From: a virus
Taxonomy: Duplodnaviria; Heunggongvirae; Uroviricota; Caudoviricetes
Length of the DNA: 49,350 nucleotides
Virus record (IMG/VR): IMGVR_UViG_2671180676_000008
Reading direction: 5' to 3' (one strand)
Positions 30,754 through 42,194 of the stretch are shown one piece after another; position 1 is the first letter of the stretch, and each line of letters begins with the position of its first letter. Under the pieces are notes generated by a model. That model was not told where the DNA came from. It ran no database searches and was given only the letters and a program-made list of their open reading frames with translations. The position numbers and the translations under genes were made by a program.

Positions 30754-31296
30754 TCAAGCTATTTTTTGAGCAAATGATTCTCGCATGGGAATATATAGGG
30801 CATACTCAGCAACAGCCAACCAATTAGCAATTCGCTTTTCGCATGTGCTAAAACACCACTCAGGATGTGCATCATTTAGCAATTCAGCCATTTTGCGCTT
30901 AGTCATCCCCCGTCCTTCATACCGTTGCCGGAGGACACTAATCAATCCAGGATGCTCTGCCAGCACCTCACTTATGACTCTATCAATACATAACGCCTCT
31001 GCATCAGTACAATGCGCCAGCCAGGTCTTTTGCTTGCCATTGATCATCTCTCGCAAAAACGCTTCCAGCTCAGGTTTCTCTATTCCCGCTTTTTTCATCC
31101 TGCGCAGGGCTTCATTGACGGCTGTTTTCGTCAATTTTTTGGATGCCAGCAACTGGTTAAACATATTTCCCGTCTTACCGCCGCCAATATACGACCAGCG
31201 CCCCCACATGCGCAGTTTTCCCTGAATCCAGACACTTTCCAGCGTGGTGAGACGAAGGTGTTCCCCGCTTTTGCCTGTATTTGTTGGGTAAATCAT
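30754..31296 (-). CDS. Late antiterminator Q (phage 21/82 QuuD-like family)
   Basis: LRMWGRW segment resembles QuuD-type Q proteins; immediately upstream of the lysis genes; start taken at MIYPTN to avoid overlap. Confidence 0.6.
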   Translation of the reverse strand: MIYPTNTGKSGEHLRLTTLESVWIQGKLRMWGRWSYIGGGKTGNMFNQLLASKKLTKTAVNEALRRMKKAGIEKPELEAFLREMINGKQKTWLAHCTDAEALCIDRVISEVLAEHPGLISVLRQRYEGRGMTKRKMAELLNDAHPEWCFSTCEKRIANWLAVAEYALYIPMRESFAQKIA

Positions 31297-31583
31297 AAAT
31301 AACCTTCCTTTCTCCAGATTTCTTGTGTGCGAAAAACACCTTCTGCATGCATCAGGCGTAATTCTTCTTTGGTGTAATCGCTGGTTTTTACCCGCCCGTC
31401 GATTAAATCGTGGCATGAGCTACAGGCAATCGCTGCCTGCATATCGTGTGGTTTTGTCGCTGTTCCGCACGTCCCCGCCAGCCTGTAATGCGCCAGCACA
31501 GAGGTTTCGGGATTGTGATTGCAGTAGCCAGGGATTCTGATCTGGCACATCTGGCCTTTAGCCGCTTTACGTAAATTCACCAT
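31293..31583 (-). CDS. YbcO-like Cys/His-rich nin-region protein
   Basis: 96-aa ORF with a C..C..H..C..C..H pattern, just upstream of Q. Confidence 0.5.
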   Translation of the reverse strand: MVNLRKAAKGQMCQIRIPGYCNHNPETSVLAHYRLAGTCGTATKPHDMQAAIACSSCHDLIDGRVKTSDYTKEELRLMHAEGVFRTQEIWRKEGYL

Positions 31584-32182
31584 TACGCAAACTCCAGTAG
31601 TTGTGCGGCCACATTTTCAACTTCCTCCTGAGAGGAGAATTTACGGAACAGAATCCAGTTCCACAGCACATTCAGAACAGATTTATAAACCTGCTGAAAC
31701 TCGGTTTCGTCCATATTCGCAAACGCGATGGATTTCGCCCTGCGCCCACGGCTACCGTCCGGATAAATATGCTCGGTGTAAAATCCGGCCTGAATGGTTA
31801 CCCACTCGCGGAAAGCCTCAAACGACTTTAGCAATGCCGTATCCCGAGTTCTGCGTGTCGCAACTGTATTTAGATATTGCTCTGCGGCATCACTCAGGGC
31901 TGGTGTGTGTTCCCGACCAACTGATTCGCACAAGTAATCCACGAAACCAGACAGCAGTTCTCGTTCGCGAGGTGTGATCGCCCCACCGACCGGAGTCCAG
32001 TAATCGAATCCCAGTTGCAGGAGTTTGAAAAAACGCTTGTGGAATGCGTAGTTACGCACACGCTTAAAGTCTGCGTGTATCCACTCACCTATTTTGATTT
32101 GATGCAGAAAATCGCAACTCTCCGGCGTCGCCGGGAGAAGTAAACCAGAAGAGGTTTGTTTGACCAGTTGTATATGCGCCAT
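31583..32182 (-). CDS. Conserved lambdoid nin-region protein, function unknown
   Basis: 199-aa ORF tightly packed upstream of the YbcO-like gene. Confidence 0.5.
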   Translation of the reverse strand: MAHIQLVKQTSSGLLLPATPESCDFLHQIKIGEWIHADFKRVRNYAFHKRFFKLLQLGFDYWTPVGGAITPRERELLSGFVDYLCESVGREHTPALSDAAEQYLNTVATRRTRDTALLKSFEAFREWVTIQAGFYTEHIYPDGSRGRRAKSIAFANMDETEFQQVYKSVLNVLWNWILFRKFSSQEEVENVAAQLLEFA

Positions 32183-32462
32183 TTCTCAATCTCTCGATGG
32201 CGCAGCGCAGCAGATGCCAGTTGTTCAGGCTGACGAATAAAGTATAAATAAACTGGCTATGGTGTAAAGCCCCACATAGCATGAACAAACACTACATATC
32301 AAATAGCTGGTACAAGGATAGAAATACGACATTTATTATTAAAAACGATTAGATAAATTACATTTTAATGTTATGCAAAAGTTCTTTTTTATCATAACAT
32401 TTCAATAAAAGCATTACAGATGCAATCATCCCGTCATCATCAATTATTTAAGGTGGTTAAAC

Positions 32463-32549
32463 ATGGAAAATAACAAGTTCGCACATCTCGCTCCTTTTTT
32501 ATCCGTAATCCTTTTCGCTTGTTGTTTTATATGGGCATTATTTTTATAA
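32463..32549 (+). CDS. Candidate small hydrophobic peptide (28 aa)
   Basis: ATG preceded by AAGGTGG at good spacing; translation MENNKFAHLAPFLSVILFACCFIWALFL; in an AT-rich spacer. Not in the ORF track. Confidence 0.3.
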   Translation: MENNKFAHLAPFLSVILFACCFIWALFL

Positions 32550-32940
32550 AGTAGCCACATGATAAGTTGCTGGAATCATATTTCCCACTCAAGTCATTAA
32601 CATTTGATAAGATATATCTAAAAGGACACCTTTACATTATTTATGTGTATATAATTTATTTATATACACAGTAAAGGTATCCTGGGAAAATATTTATCGT
32701 TAAAAAATACATCATAAATAATTAAGCTGAAATTTCAGAACACAACTAATACACACAATAAGGTTCAGTAACAATAATCTATGTGGACTACATCGAGATT
32801 TTTTGATTAAACTTTAATAACTTATTCCTAACACACAGAATGCATAAACTAAAAGTAAAACAAATAGTTATACGAAAAACAACCATATTTATTATATCTT
32901 CTCCTCTAATCAACATATCAATTATGTGTTTCATAACAGC

Positions 32941-32988
32941 TTGACATAACCCTCAAAAACACGCATTTATAATACATGTTTTTGAGGG
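32941..32988 (+). promoter_or_regulatory. Promoter-like elements with a 12-bp perfect inverted repeat upstream of the yeaR-like gene
   Basis: TTGACA (32941..32946) and TATAAT (32968..32973), 21 bp apart; inverted repeat ccctcaaaaaca/tgtttttgaggg (32951..32988) encloses a GCATTTATAATACATG core and overlaps the SD. Confidence 0.4.
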
Positions 32989-32995
32989 GGTGGTT

Positions 32996-33334
32996 ATGAC
33001 ACACAAGAGAATTCCTAAAGATTGGGTAATCAAACGCTCAACTCCGTTCTTCACAAAAGAGAACGTACCTTCAGCGTTATTAACACATCATAATACAGCA
33101 GCAGGTGTTTTTGGGCAGTTGTGCGTAATGGAAGGCACTGTAACATATTATGGTTTTACTGATGAGAATGCTACTGAACCGGAGATAAAAGTAGTCATTA
33201 ATGCTGGCGCTTTTGCAACAAGCCCACCACAATACTGGCACCGTGTTGAACTAAGCGATGATGCTCAGTTTAATATTAACTTTTGGGTCGCTCCAGACTT
33301 CTCGGGCGAAAAAGTCTATAGCACCAAAAAATAG
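32996..33334 (+). CDS. YeaR-like DUF1971 family protein
   Basis: RSTPFF..K...GV.G.L.VMEG.V.YYGF.DE...EP...I.AG.FA..PP.YWH..E...D..FNI.FWVAP pattern matches E. coli YeaR as I recall it. Confidence 0.65.
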   Translation: MTHKRIPKDWVIKRSTPFFTKENVPSALLTHHNTAAGVFGQLCVMEGTVTYYGFTDENATEPEIKVVINAGAFATSPPQYWHRVELSDDAQFNINFWVAPDFSGEKVYSTKK

Positions 33335-33363
33335 ATGATCATATTAAAAATGCTTTAACAGTC

Positions 33364-33400
33364 AGACCCGGCAGGGCTATCCCCGACGGGTCTCATTTTT
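33364..33400 (+). terminator. Putative terminator downstream of the yeaR-like gene
   Basis: Stem agacccg/cgggtct with a long loop, followed by CATTTTT. Confidence 0.35.
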
Positions 33401-34096
33401 GTAAATATATTGGTTCTACATTGACAGGAGACTTCAACCATAAGAAGTAATCTGAATACTTGAGCAATAAATTTACTTAAGATTAATGAGCGCACCTTGC
33501 CGGACAAAGATAAACCAAGGTAACACCTTTTTTCTAGCCAGTATGTAATCAATCAGAAAGCCGCTCCATAAGAACAACAGCAAGACAATAAATTGCCATT
33601 ACAGCCGCAATAGCCAGCGCACATTTGAGAACCAGCACGACAACCCCCTGTATTAGACGCACACCAGTCCTGATAAATATGAGGCTGTCTCGTCAGTGAT
33701 TCAATACAACTATTGGGTATAGTTTCTGTGATTTTATTCTGTAGAAATGGAACACAACAACCAGTCACCACCAGCACTTCTTTAAATACGCCAAGTCCGA
33801 CGCAAGCTAACCTTCTAGTCCGCTTTGAGCGAAAAGCGGACAGGAACATTCTGGTTAATAGATATCAATGCTAACAAAAAAGCTCCCGATGGAGATTTTG
33901 AAACCGCTTCCACATAATGAAATAAAAGGATTTATTTCTGGTCATGCCCACACATTGACCACGTCGAAGTAAGTAGCTCCGCTTCGCGGAGTTACTTAAG
34001 ATAATTTCTATGTAGTTCCATGCTATGATTTAATTTTCAAGTTACAAAATCTAAATCTACAAATGTCCATTTGGGTGTAAAATTACACAATCCTAT

Positions 34097-36422
<2,326 letters not shown>

Positions 36423-36540
36423 TTTAATTACCTTATATATCCAAACTCTTAATTTTCTCTTTTTTACCATAGGATTAATCCAAAATAAAGACCTTGTTGA
36501 CTAAACCCTCATGTACAAAATGCACACTTACTCAAAAGGA

Positions 36541-36566
36541 TCTGGAGGCAATCTCGACCTCCATGA
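36541..36566. promoter_or_regulatory. Imperfect palindrome between the TetR-like gene and the deaminase operon (candidate operator)
   Basis: atctggaggcaatctcgacctccatgat contains the inverted repeat tggagg / cctcca. Confidence 0.3.
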
Positions 36567-36723
36567 TTTAGTTCCTAGGGATAAGCAGAAATCTAGCACT
36601 GGATTAAAATTTAAAAATAATAATCAATAGGTTATAATGGTTTTTATTCGCATCCATGGGATCTGCTGCTGCCCGCATGATGTTGGATGCGACGGCGCTG
36701 GCACGACCTCACCCGGTGAAACG

Positions 36724-37170
36724 ATGAAACGCGAAAGGGTTGTTCTTCGGGAAGGTGCAGTTGGACTTTCAATCGATGACGTTGCAAAAGAGGCTGGCGT
36801 CAGTAAGGCAACGGTAATGTACGATCATAAGTCAAAGCAAGATTTGCTCAGCGATCTCATCAGTCGCCTTATGCCAGTAGAGGAGGAACGTGTTCAGCAA
36901 GCGATAGCGGAAAGTAATAATACCCCACATCCCGCACTCTATGGGCGAATTATTTCAGCCAGTAATGCTCTCAGTCATACTGAGAGAGCAGTAGTGCTGG
37001 CGGTCAGCGAATCGTTAACTAACGATACGAATATCAGGGACACCATGCGTTCCTGCACAAACAAAGATTTGGATGAGATAAAAAGAGGACCAAAACCAGA
37101 CGTTGCCGTCCTGGTATATTTGGCGTTATCTGGTATCTACTGCCAAGAATTTTTTGATTTTTACAAATGA
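36724..37170 (+). CDS. TetR-family-like transcriptional regulator (short)
   Basis: LSIDDVAKEAGVSKATVMYDHKSKQDLL resembles a TetR N-terminal HTH; divergent from the operon; alternative start at 36637. Confidence 0.55.
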   Translation: MKRERVVLREGAVGLSIDDVAKEAGVSKATVMYDHKSKQDLLSDLISRLMPVEEERVQQAIAESNNTPHPALYGRIISASNALSHTERAVVLAVSESLTNDTNIRDTMRSCTNKDLDEIKRGPKPDVAVLVYLALSGIYCQEFFDFYK

Positions 37171-37443
37171 TCTCCTGGCGAGCGAGATAAAATTATCGAA
37201 GGCATTCGCTGTTTGTATGAATCATACCCTTACAAGTCTGAATAAATAATGTCTCCGGGAATGACATTTCATGTGCGACTAATTCGCGATATTCCTATAC
37301 GTAAAGGTCCGCTTTTGGCACAAAGTGGACAACCACGCTAGCTCTACCCTGTGCCACAAAATGTCAATTTGCATCTGAACTAATGCACTTTAATCTCGTC
37401 ACTTCAATAAATACCGAACATCCCCCTGATAAAACGACAATAT

Positions 37444-37836
37444 TCACTGCATAACTTCACTCTTCAGGCACTCGCGACAGATTATGTTCAGACGCCTGTC
37501 GTAACGGCGTATTTCTCCGTCTGGTAATGACCAGATAAGGTCAGGATCAACCACAACCGGTTTCTTCACCTTTGTCCTTGATAGTTTTTTGCGGGCGTTT
37601 TGCCAGTCTTTACGCGCCTGCTCAGACGGGAATAATCCGTAGCCTGAATTGTAAACATCACCACTGGCGACTAGTTCTCTGGCGAGAGTGCTTATGTAAT
37701 ACCTTGATGCACCGGTTTTAGCCTCCAGAGCCCGTAACGTCTCGCGACCGCTCAGAGGTACAAGTTCAACAACCTGTCCTTTAATTTTTTCTCGCTCTTC
37801 TGGTGTAAATACTTTTGCCATAGGTGCCTCCGGCAA
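37444..37836 (-). CDS. Hypothetical phage protein (130 aa)
   Basis: ORF in the post-replication region; no recognisable motif. Confidence 0.45.
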   Translation of the reverse strand: MPEAPMAKVFTPEEREKIKGQVVELVPLSGRETLRALEAKTGASRYYISTLARELVASGDVYNSGYGLFPSEQARKDWQNARKKLSRTKVKKPVVVDPDLIWSLPDGEIRRYDRRLNIICRECLKSEVMQ

Positions 37837-38598
37837 TCACTTTTCCGATGCAACATGGCGGGAAGAATCAGTAATCTGTCGTACAATATCCCTGTGCTTG
37901 TTCAACTCACGCAGCGCGGCGCAGACACGCTCCCACTTCTGGACATGATTTTTCGCCCGACGCAGTTCGCGGTTTGCCATATGCAGTGATGGTAAAACCA
38001 GGTCATCCGCTCGCGTTTCAGTAAACGATGGCAGCGACTGCACAATGTCCGCCACAGTTTCTGTTTTAATATCTTCCTGTGTTGCAGCCTCCTGTACTGG
38101 TAACGCAACACCTGCGGTCTGAGGAAAGGCCTTACCATCAGTTTCCGCTACCGATGCTGCTTTCGGCTCTGCTGGTAAATTATCGCCCGGTATGCAGTAA
38201 CGAAATTTACCGCCCTGATTTACGCGAATCAGACGACCTTTGCTGATTGCCATTGCCAGCGTTGAAGCCACTTTGCGTGATGTGGTACCAAACAATGTAG
38301 CCAGCTCATCAGCCGTTTGTGGTCCTCGTTGTTCAATCGTCGCGGTTAAATCGCACTCTGAGATTTTCGCTACTGTTGCTGTGGTGATTTCTTCCGGCAG
38401 TTCTGCCTGCGCTGGCTGTTCCTGCTGAACATTGTTATCAGCCACACGCCAGGTGTACGCGCTTTTATCAACAAAACCAGCCTTTTTCAGTTCCCATAGT
38501 TCGTTCAGCACTTCTTCACGACTGATATCAAGTCGCGCAGCAAGTTCTATGGATGTGGCTTTTCCCATTGCTTTCAGTGCGTCAAAAACAGTCTCCAT
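37837..38598 (-). CDS. Winged-helix-like phage protein
   Basis: Repeated HTH-like segments ([20 protein letters not shown]); start taken at METVFD to avoid overlap with ydaV. Confidence 0.45.
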
Positions 38599-38620
38599 TA
38601 AATTTTTCTCCCGGTAAAAA

Positions 38621-39367
38621 TTACTTCGCAATTCCTGGCTGGACGACATTCGGACGCCAGCTCTCCCAGTTAAAATTCACCCATCGCCCGCCGTTCATGG
38701 TCATGCGATCCATAATCCGCTCGCCGAGCAATGTTTTCATGGCCTCATAGTTCAGGTTTGTCAGCATCCCCACGCTGCGCATCGACGCTGTCCGGCGATC
38801 AACAATCTGGTGCAGTACCACCTGCTCGTTTTTCGTCTCGCGCTGAATGCCAATTTCATCAAGAACCAGCAGATCCACTTCGCACAGTTCCCGCAAAAAT
38901 TTTTCGCCTGACTGCCCATCGTCATAGCTGGCGTGCAGGGCACTCATAACATCAGCCACGGTAACCACAATCACTGTCTGACCGTCTTTCAGCAGGCGAT
39001 TCCCGATAGCTGCCGCTAAGTGGTTCTTCCCGGTACCAGGTTTTCCGCTGAACGCAAAATTTGTACACCCGGTCATCAGTTCATCAGCGATGGATTTCGC
39101 CTGACTCAACGCGTATCGCTGCCCTTCGTTCTGCACCTGGTAATTCGAAAACGAGCATTTGCGGTGCAATGGCTGGATGCCAGAGCGATTCAGAATTTTT
39201 TCCACCCGCAACTGACGATTCTGACGGTTGATCTCCTCACAACGTTTCTGGCCTTCGGAAAGTTGCCACTCGCGCCACTCCGCTACCGTCTTGAATGGCG
39301 CGGTTACATGTGACGGGGCCAGTCTGCGGATACGTTCAAGAACATCGCCTGTCGCAATATTTTTCAT
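38621..39367 (-). CDS. ydaV: DnaC/IstB-like replication helicase loader YdaV
   Basis: Walker [16 protein letters not shown] and Walker B DLLVLDE. Confidence 0.85.
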
Positions 39368-39373
39368 GGTCAG

Positions 39374-40231
39374 TTACCCCCTGAAGCCTGGCGGGATCGC
39401 ACTATCCGGTAACGAGACGGTGTTAACCTGTCGGAGTAACGTCTCAGGTCGAACACCTTTCGGCGCGAACAAGCCCTGGTATTCATTGGCGATGCTGTGT
39501 CGAATCACCTGCTCAGGTGAAAAACCCTGCTGGCGGAATTTTTCCAGCTCCCGTATCGCCCCGTTAGCGCCCTGCTCCGTTCGAATCGGTTTTCGCAATG
39601 CCTGGCGAAATTCAACCCACTCACGCCAAAGCGAGACAGAAATCCAGTTCGGCAAAGTAATATCCAGAGGGTCAAACTTTTTGACACCTCGATTCCCCCG
39701 GGGGGGATTTAGGGGGGGATCTGTTTTTAGATCTTTATCTGTATCTTTATTAGTTGCCTTTGTGTTGACATCATGTTCAAACACCACTTCAACATCTGTT
39801 TGAACACCTGTTAAATTTCTCTCTTGTTTTGTTTGAACATCTGCTTCCTTTCTGCTTCTTCTGGCCTGAACAGATGCTTTTCCTGCGGCTGATTTTTTGG
39901 TTAATTTTTCCCTGACTGATGCCAGATCTTCCTCAATCCGAAGATGCACCCATTCCTCGCCGTTATCGCAAAAAAACTCCTGCAAGGATGGTTCAACATC
40001 AGCCCATCGCTCGTTAGTCAGACGGGCAATTTTTGCCAGCCTGTTTTTAGGTATTGGCTTTCCTGTTTGCCAGTAATTGAACATCAGCAACAAATACGCA
40101 CCATGCTCCTCTGCTGACAAATGCATGGTGTCAGCCAGGTAATCAGCTATGTACAGTTGCATGTATGGTAATGCGGCCATAATTGCCCCGTATGATGCTG
40201 CCCGGTGGCTTAGAATAAGCACAAACAGCAT
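39374..40231 (-). CDS. ydaU: Replication initiation-like protein YdaU
   Basis: 285-aa ORF immediately upstream of the DnaC-like loader (O/P-like pair). Confidence 0.7.
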   Translation of the reverse strand: MLFVLILSHRAASYGAIMAALPYMQLYIADYLADTMHLSAEEHGAYLLLMFNYWQTGKPIPKNRLAKIARLTNERWADVEPSLQEFFCDNGEEWVHLRIEEDLASVREKLTKKSAAGKASVQARRSRKEADVQTKQERNLTGVQTDVEVVFEHDVNTKATNKDTDKDLKTDPPLNPPRGNRGVKKFDPLDITLPNWISVSLWREWVEFRQALRKPIRTEQGANGAIRELEKFRQQGFSPEQVIRHSIANEYQGLFAPKGVRPETLLRQVNTVSLPDSAIPPGFRG

Positions 40232-40243
40232 GGAAACTTTTGC

Positions 40244-40666
40244 TTAATGAACAATGACAGAATCGTCGGAAGAACCGCCGCCGCTGAAATGCGCTTTCCG
40301 GTAAACGGCTTGGACTGCATCATCATGCGCATCAATTGCCGTACTTAACGCTTCCTGCGCCGCCAGTAATGCACGGCGTTCCAGGGTATCGAAGATGCAG
40401 AGTCGGTGACGCAGCTCGCGCGGAAGGATTGCCAGAATTGCTGGGATCAGCTTCTGAATTTTTTCTCTTTGCGTTTTCGTTTCACCTTTCAACCAACGGT
40501 GATAGATATTCTGCTGATTGTTCCAGTCCTTGCCTGGAACCAGGGGCAATTCGCCGCCCCCCTGGCGCAGATATTCTTCAGTAATTGCATTGGCTACCCA
40601 TGCCTGCCCTTTTTCGGCTGCTAGGGCAAACAACACTGATTCGATGTGCTCATGCTTGATTTTCAT
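40244..40666 (-). CDS. ydaT: YdaT-family protein (CII-like regulator)
   Basis: 140-aa ORF downstream of ydaS in the Rac immunity-region order. Confidence 0.75.
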   Translation of the reverse strand: MKIKHEHIESVLFALAAEKGQAWVANAITEEYLRQGGGELPLVPGKDWNNQQNIYHRWLKGETKTQREKIQKLIPAILAILPRELRHRLCIFDTLERRALLAAQEALSTAIDAHDDAVQAVYRKAHFSGGGSSDDSVIVH

Positions 40667-40688
40667 GAATCATTTGCCTCTTGATGTT

Positions 40689-40985
40689 TCAGGTATGATC
40701 AAATGAGGATTTGTTACTGTCATTTAGTTGCTTCACTGACATATTCTGCGAACAACATGCCGAACGTCGTAAATATGACCAGTCAATATCAGGACGAAGT
40801 TCTTCGCACAGAACCTCACCTCTTGTTGCACGTTCAATTGCTGGACATCTCTCGGCAGGCAATTGACGTACCCCTTTGATCCATTGATTTACGCTTGGAG
40901 GTGATACACCTAAAAGCCTAGCCATTGCTGATTGCCCACCGACAACAGCACAAGCTTGCTTGAATGAATAGTTCTCTTTTTTCAT
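40689..40985 (-). CDS. ydaS: Cro-like HTH regulator YdaS
   Basis: 98-aa ORF with HTH (AMARLLGVSPPSVNQW), divergent from racR. Confidence 0.85.
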   Translation of the reverse strand: MKKENYSFKQACAVVGGQSAMARLLGVSPPSVNQWIKGVRQLPAERCPAIERATRGEVLCEELRPDIDWSYLRRSACCSQNMSVKQLNDSNKSSFDHT

Positions 40986-41013
40986 CGAATGAACTCCAAA
41001 AACACACAGAAAT

Positions 41014-41095
41014 ATTAGGCGACGCCTAACGCAATTGTCAATAGGCTGTGCCTAATGCAGTAAGGGTAGGGATTGCCTAATGTAATGCGCATAGG
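41014..41095. promoter_or_regulatory. Operator/promoter region between ydaS and racR with ATTAGGC-type repeats
   Basis: 15-bp perfect palindrome TTAGGCGaCGCCTAA (41015..41029) plus further ATTAGGC/GCCTAAT half-sites. Confidence 0.5.
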
Positions 41096-41108
41096 AGAAT
41101 ATTAAGCA

Positions 41109-41585
41109 ATGCTTAGTGGTAAAGACTTAGGCCGAGCGATAGAGCAGGCCATTAACAAAAAAATCGCATCGGGATCCGTCAAATCAAAGGCGGAGGTCGC
41201 ACGCCACTTTAAAGTCCAACCACCATCAATTTATGACTGGATTAAGAAAGGCTCTATAAGTAAAGATAAACTTCCAGAATTATGGCGTTTCTTTTCTGAT
41301 GTTGTTGGTCCAGAGCATTGGGGGCTTAACGAATACCCCATACCAACCCCCACCAATTCAGATACAAAAAGTGAACTTTTAGATATAAACAACCTTTATC
41401 AAGCAGCCTCTGATGAAATAAGAGCGATTGTAGCTTTCCTGTTATCTGGAAATGCTACAGAACCAGATTGGGTTGACCACGATGTTCGCGCCTACATAGC
41501 AGCGATGGAAATGAAAGTGGGTAAGTATCTGAAAGCTCTTGAATCTGAACGGAAAAGCCAGAACATCACAAAAACTGGAACTTAA
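41109..41585 (+). CDS. racR: Prophage repressor RacR
   Basis: 158-aa ORF recognised as RacR-like; divergent from the Cro-like ydaS. Confidence 0.9.
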   Translation: MLSGKDLGRAIEQAINKKIASGSVKSKAEVARHFKVQPPSIYDWIKKGSISKDKLPELWRFFSDVVGPEHWGLNEYPIPTPTNSDTKSELLDINNLYQAASDEIRAIVAFLLSGNATEPDWVDHDVRAYIAAMEMKVGKYLKALESERKSQNITKTGT

Positions 41586-41658
41586 ACTTATATGGTCTGA
41601 CGGAAAACTCCTGGATTCCGTTATTTAACCCCCCCATCACTTTCTGCTGTCGCCATCA

Positions 41659-41723
41659 CCTATTAGGTTACGCTCAAAACATTAGGCATAGCCTATTGAC
41701 AATCAATTAGGCATTACCTATAG
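41659..41723. promoter_or_regulatory. Second cluster of ATTAGGC-type operator repeats downstream of racR
   Basis: attaggcatagcctattgac is close to the reverse complement of gtcaataggctgtgcctaat on the other side of racR. Confidence 0.45.
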
Positions 41724-41893
41724 TTCCAGCATACCACCCACCCCGCCCCACAGAACGCCGGGCAATACTTCGAGTTACCAGGCAGTGGTAAGGGGTTAAG
41801 TAGCCAGCCCGAGGCGTATGAACATGACGGCGGGATTCAAATTTTGCAGTGCAGCAGTTAGTTCCGCCACCCGGCGTTAAGGGGAGAGATAAG

Positions 41894-42028
41894 ATGGTGC
41901 ATTACGAAGTAGTTCAGTATTTGATGGATTGTTGCGGTATCACTTACAACCAGGCTGTGCAGGCTTTACGCAGCAACGACTGGGATCTCTGGCAGGCAGA
42001 AGTCGCTATACGTAGCAACAAGATGTGA
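41894..42028 (+). CDS. ydaG: Small protein YdaG (44 aa)
   Basis: Hand translation MVHYEVVQYLMDCCGITYNQAVQALRSNDWDLWQAEVAIRSNKM; not in the ORF track. Confidence 0.6.
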   Translation: MVHYEVVQYLMDCCGITYNQAVQALRSNDWDLWQAEVAIRSNKM

Positions 42029-42038
42029 GATTCGCAAA

Positions 42039-42194
42039 ATGCAAAAAATCGACCTCGGCAACAACGAATCCCTGGTGTGCGGCGTGTTCCCCAACCAGGA
42101 TGGAACGTTCACTGCCATGACGTATACCAAAAGCAAAACATTTAAAACCGAAACTGGTGCGCGCCGATGGTTGGAGAAGCACACAGTAAGCTAA
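42039..42194 (+). CDS. ydaF: Small protein YdaF (51 aa)
   Basis: Hand translation MQKIDLGNNESLVCGVFPNQDGTF...; not in the ORF track. Confidence 0.6.
   Translation: MQKIDLGNNESLVCGVFPNQDGTFTAMTYTKSKTFKTETGARRWLEKHTVS

Noticed and set aside
33553-33849. 98-aa Cys-rich ORF downstream of the SIR2-like gene
   Set aside because: No SD, start inside a hairpin palindrome, no recognisable family. Possibly a small Cys-rich peptide, but the evidence is too weak to call a gene.
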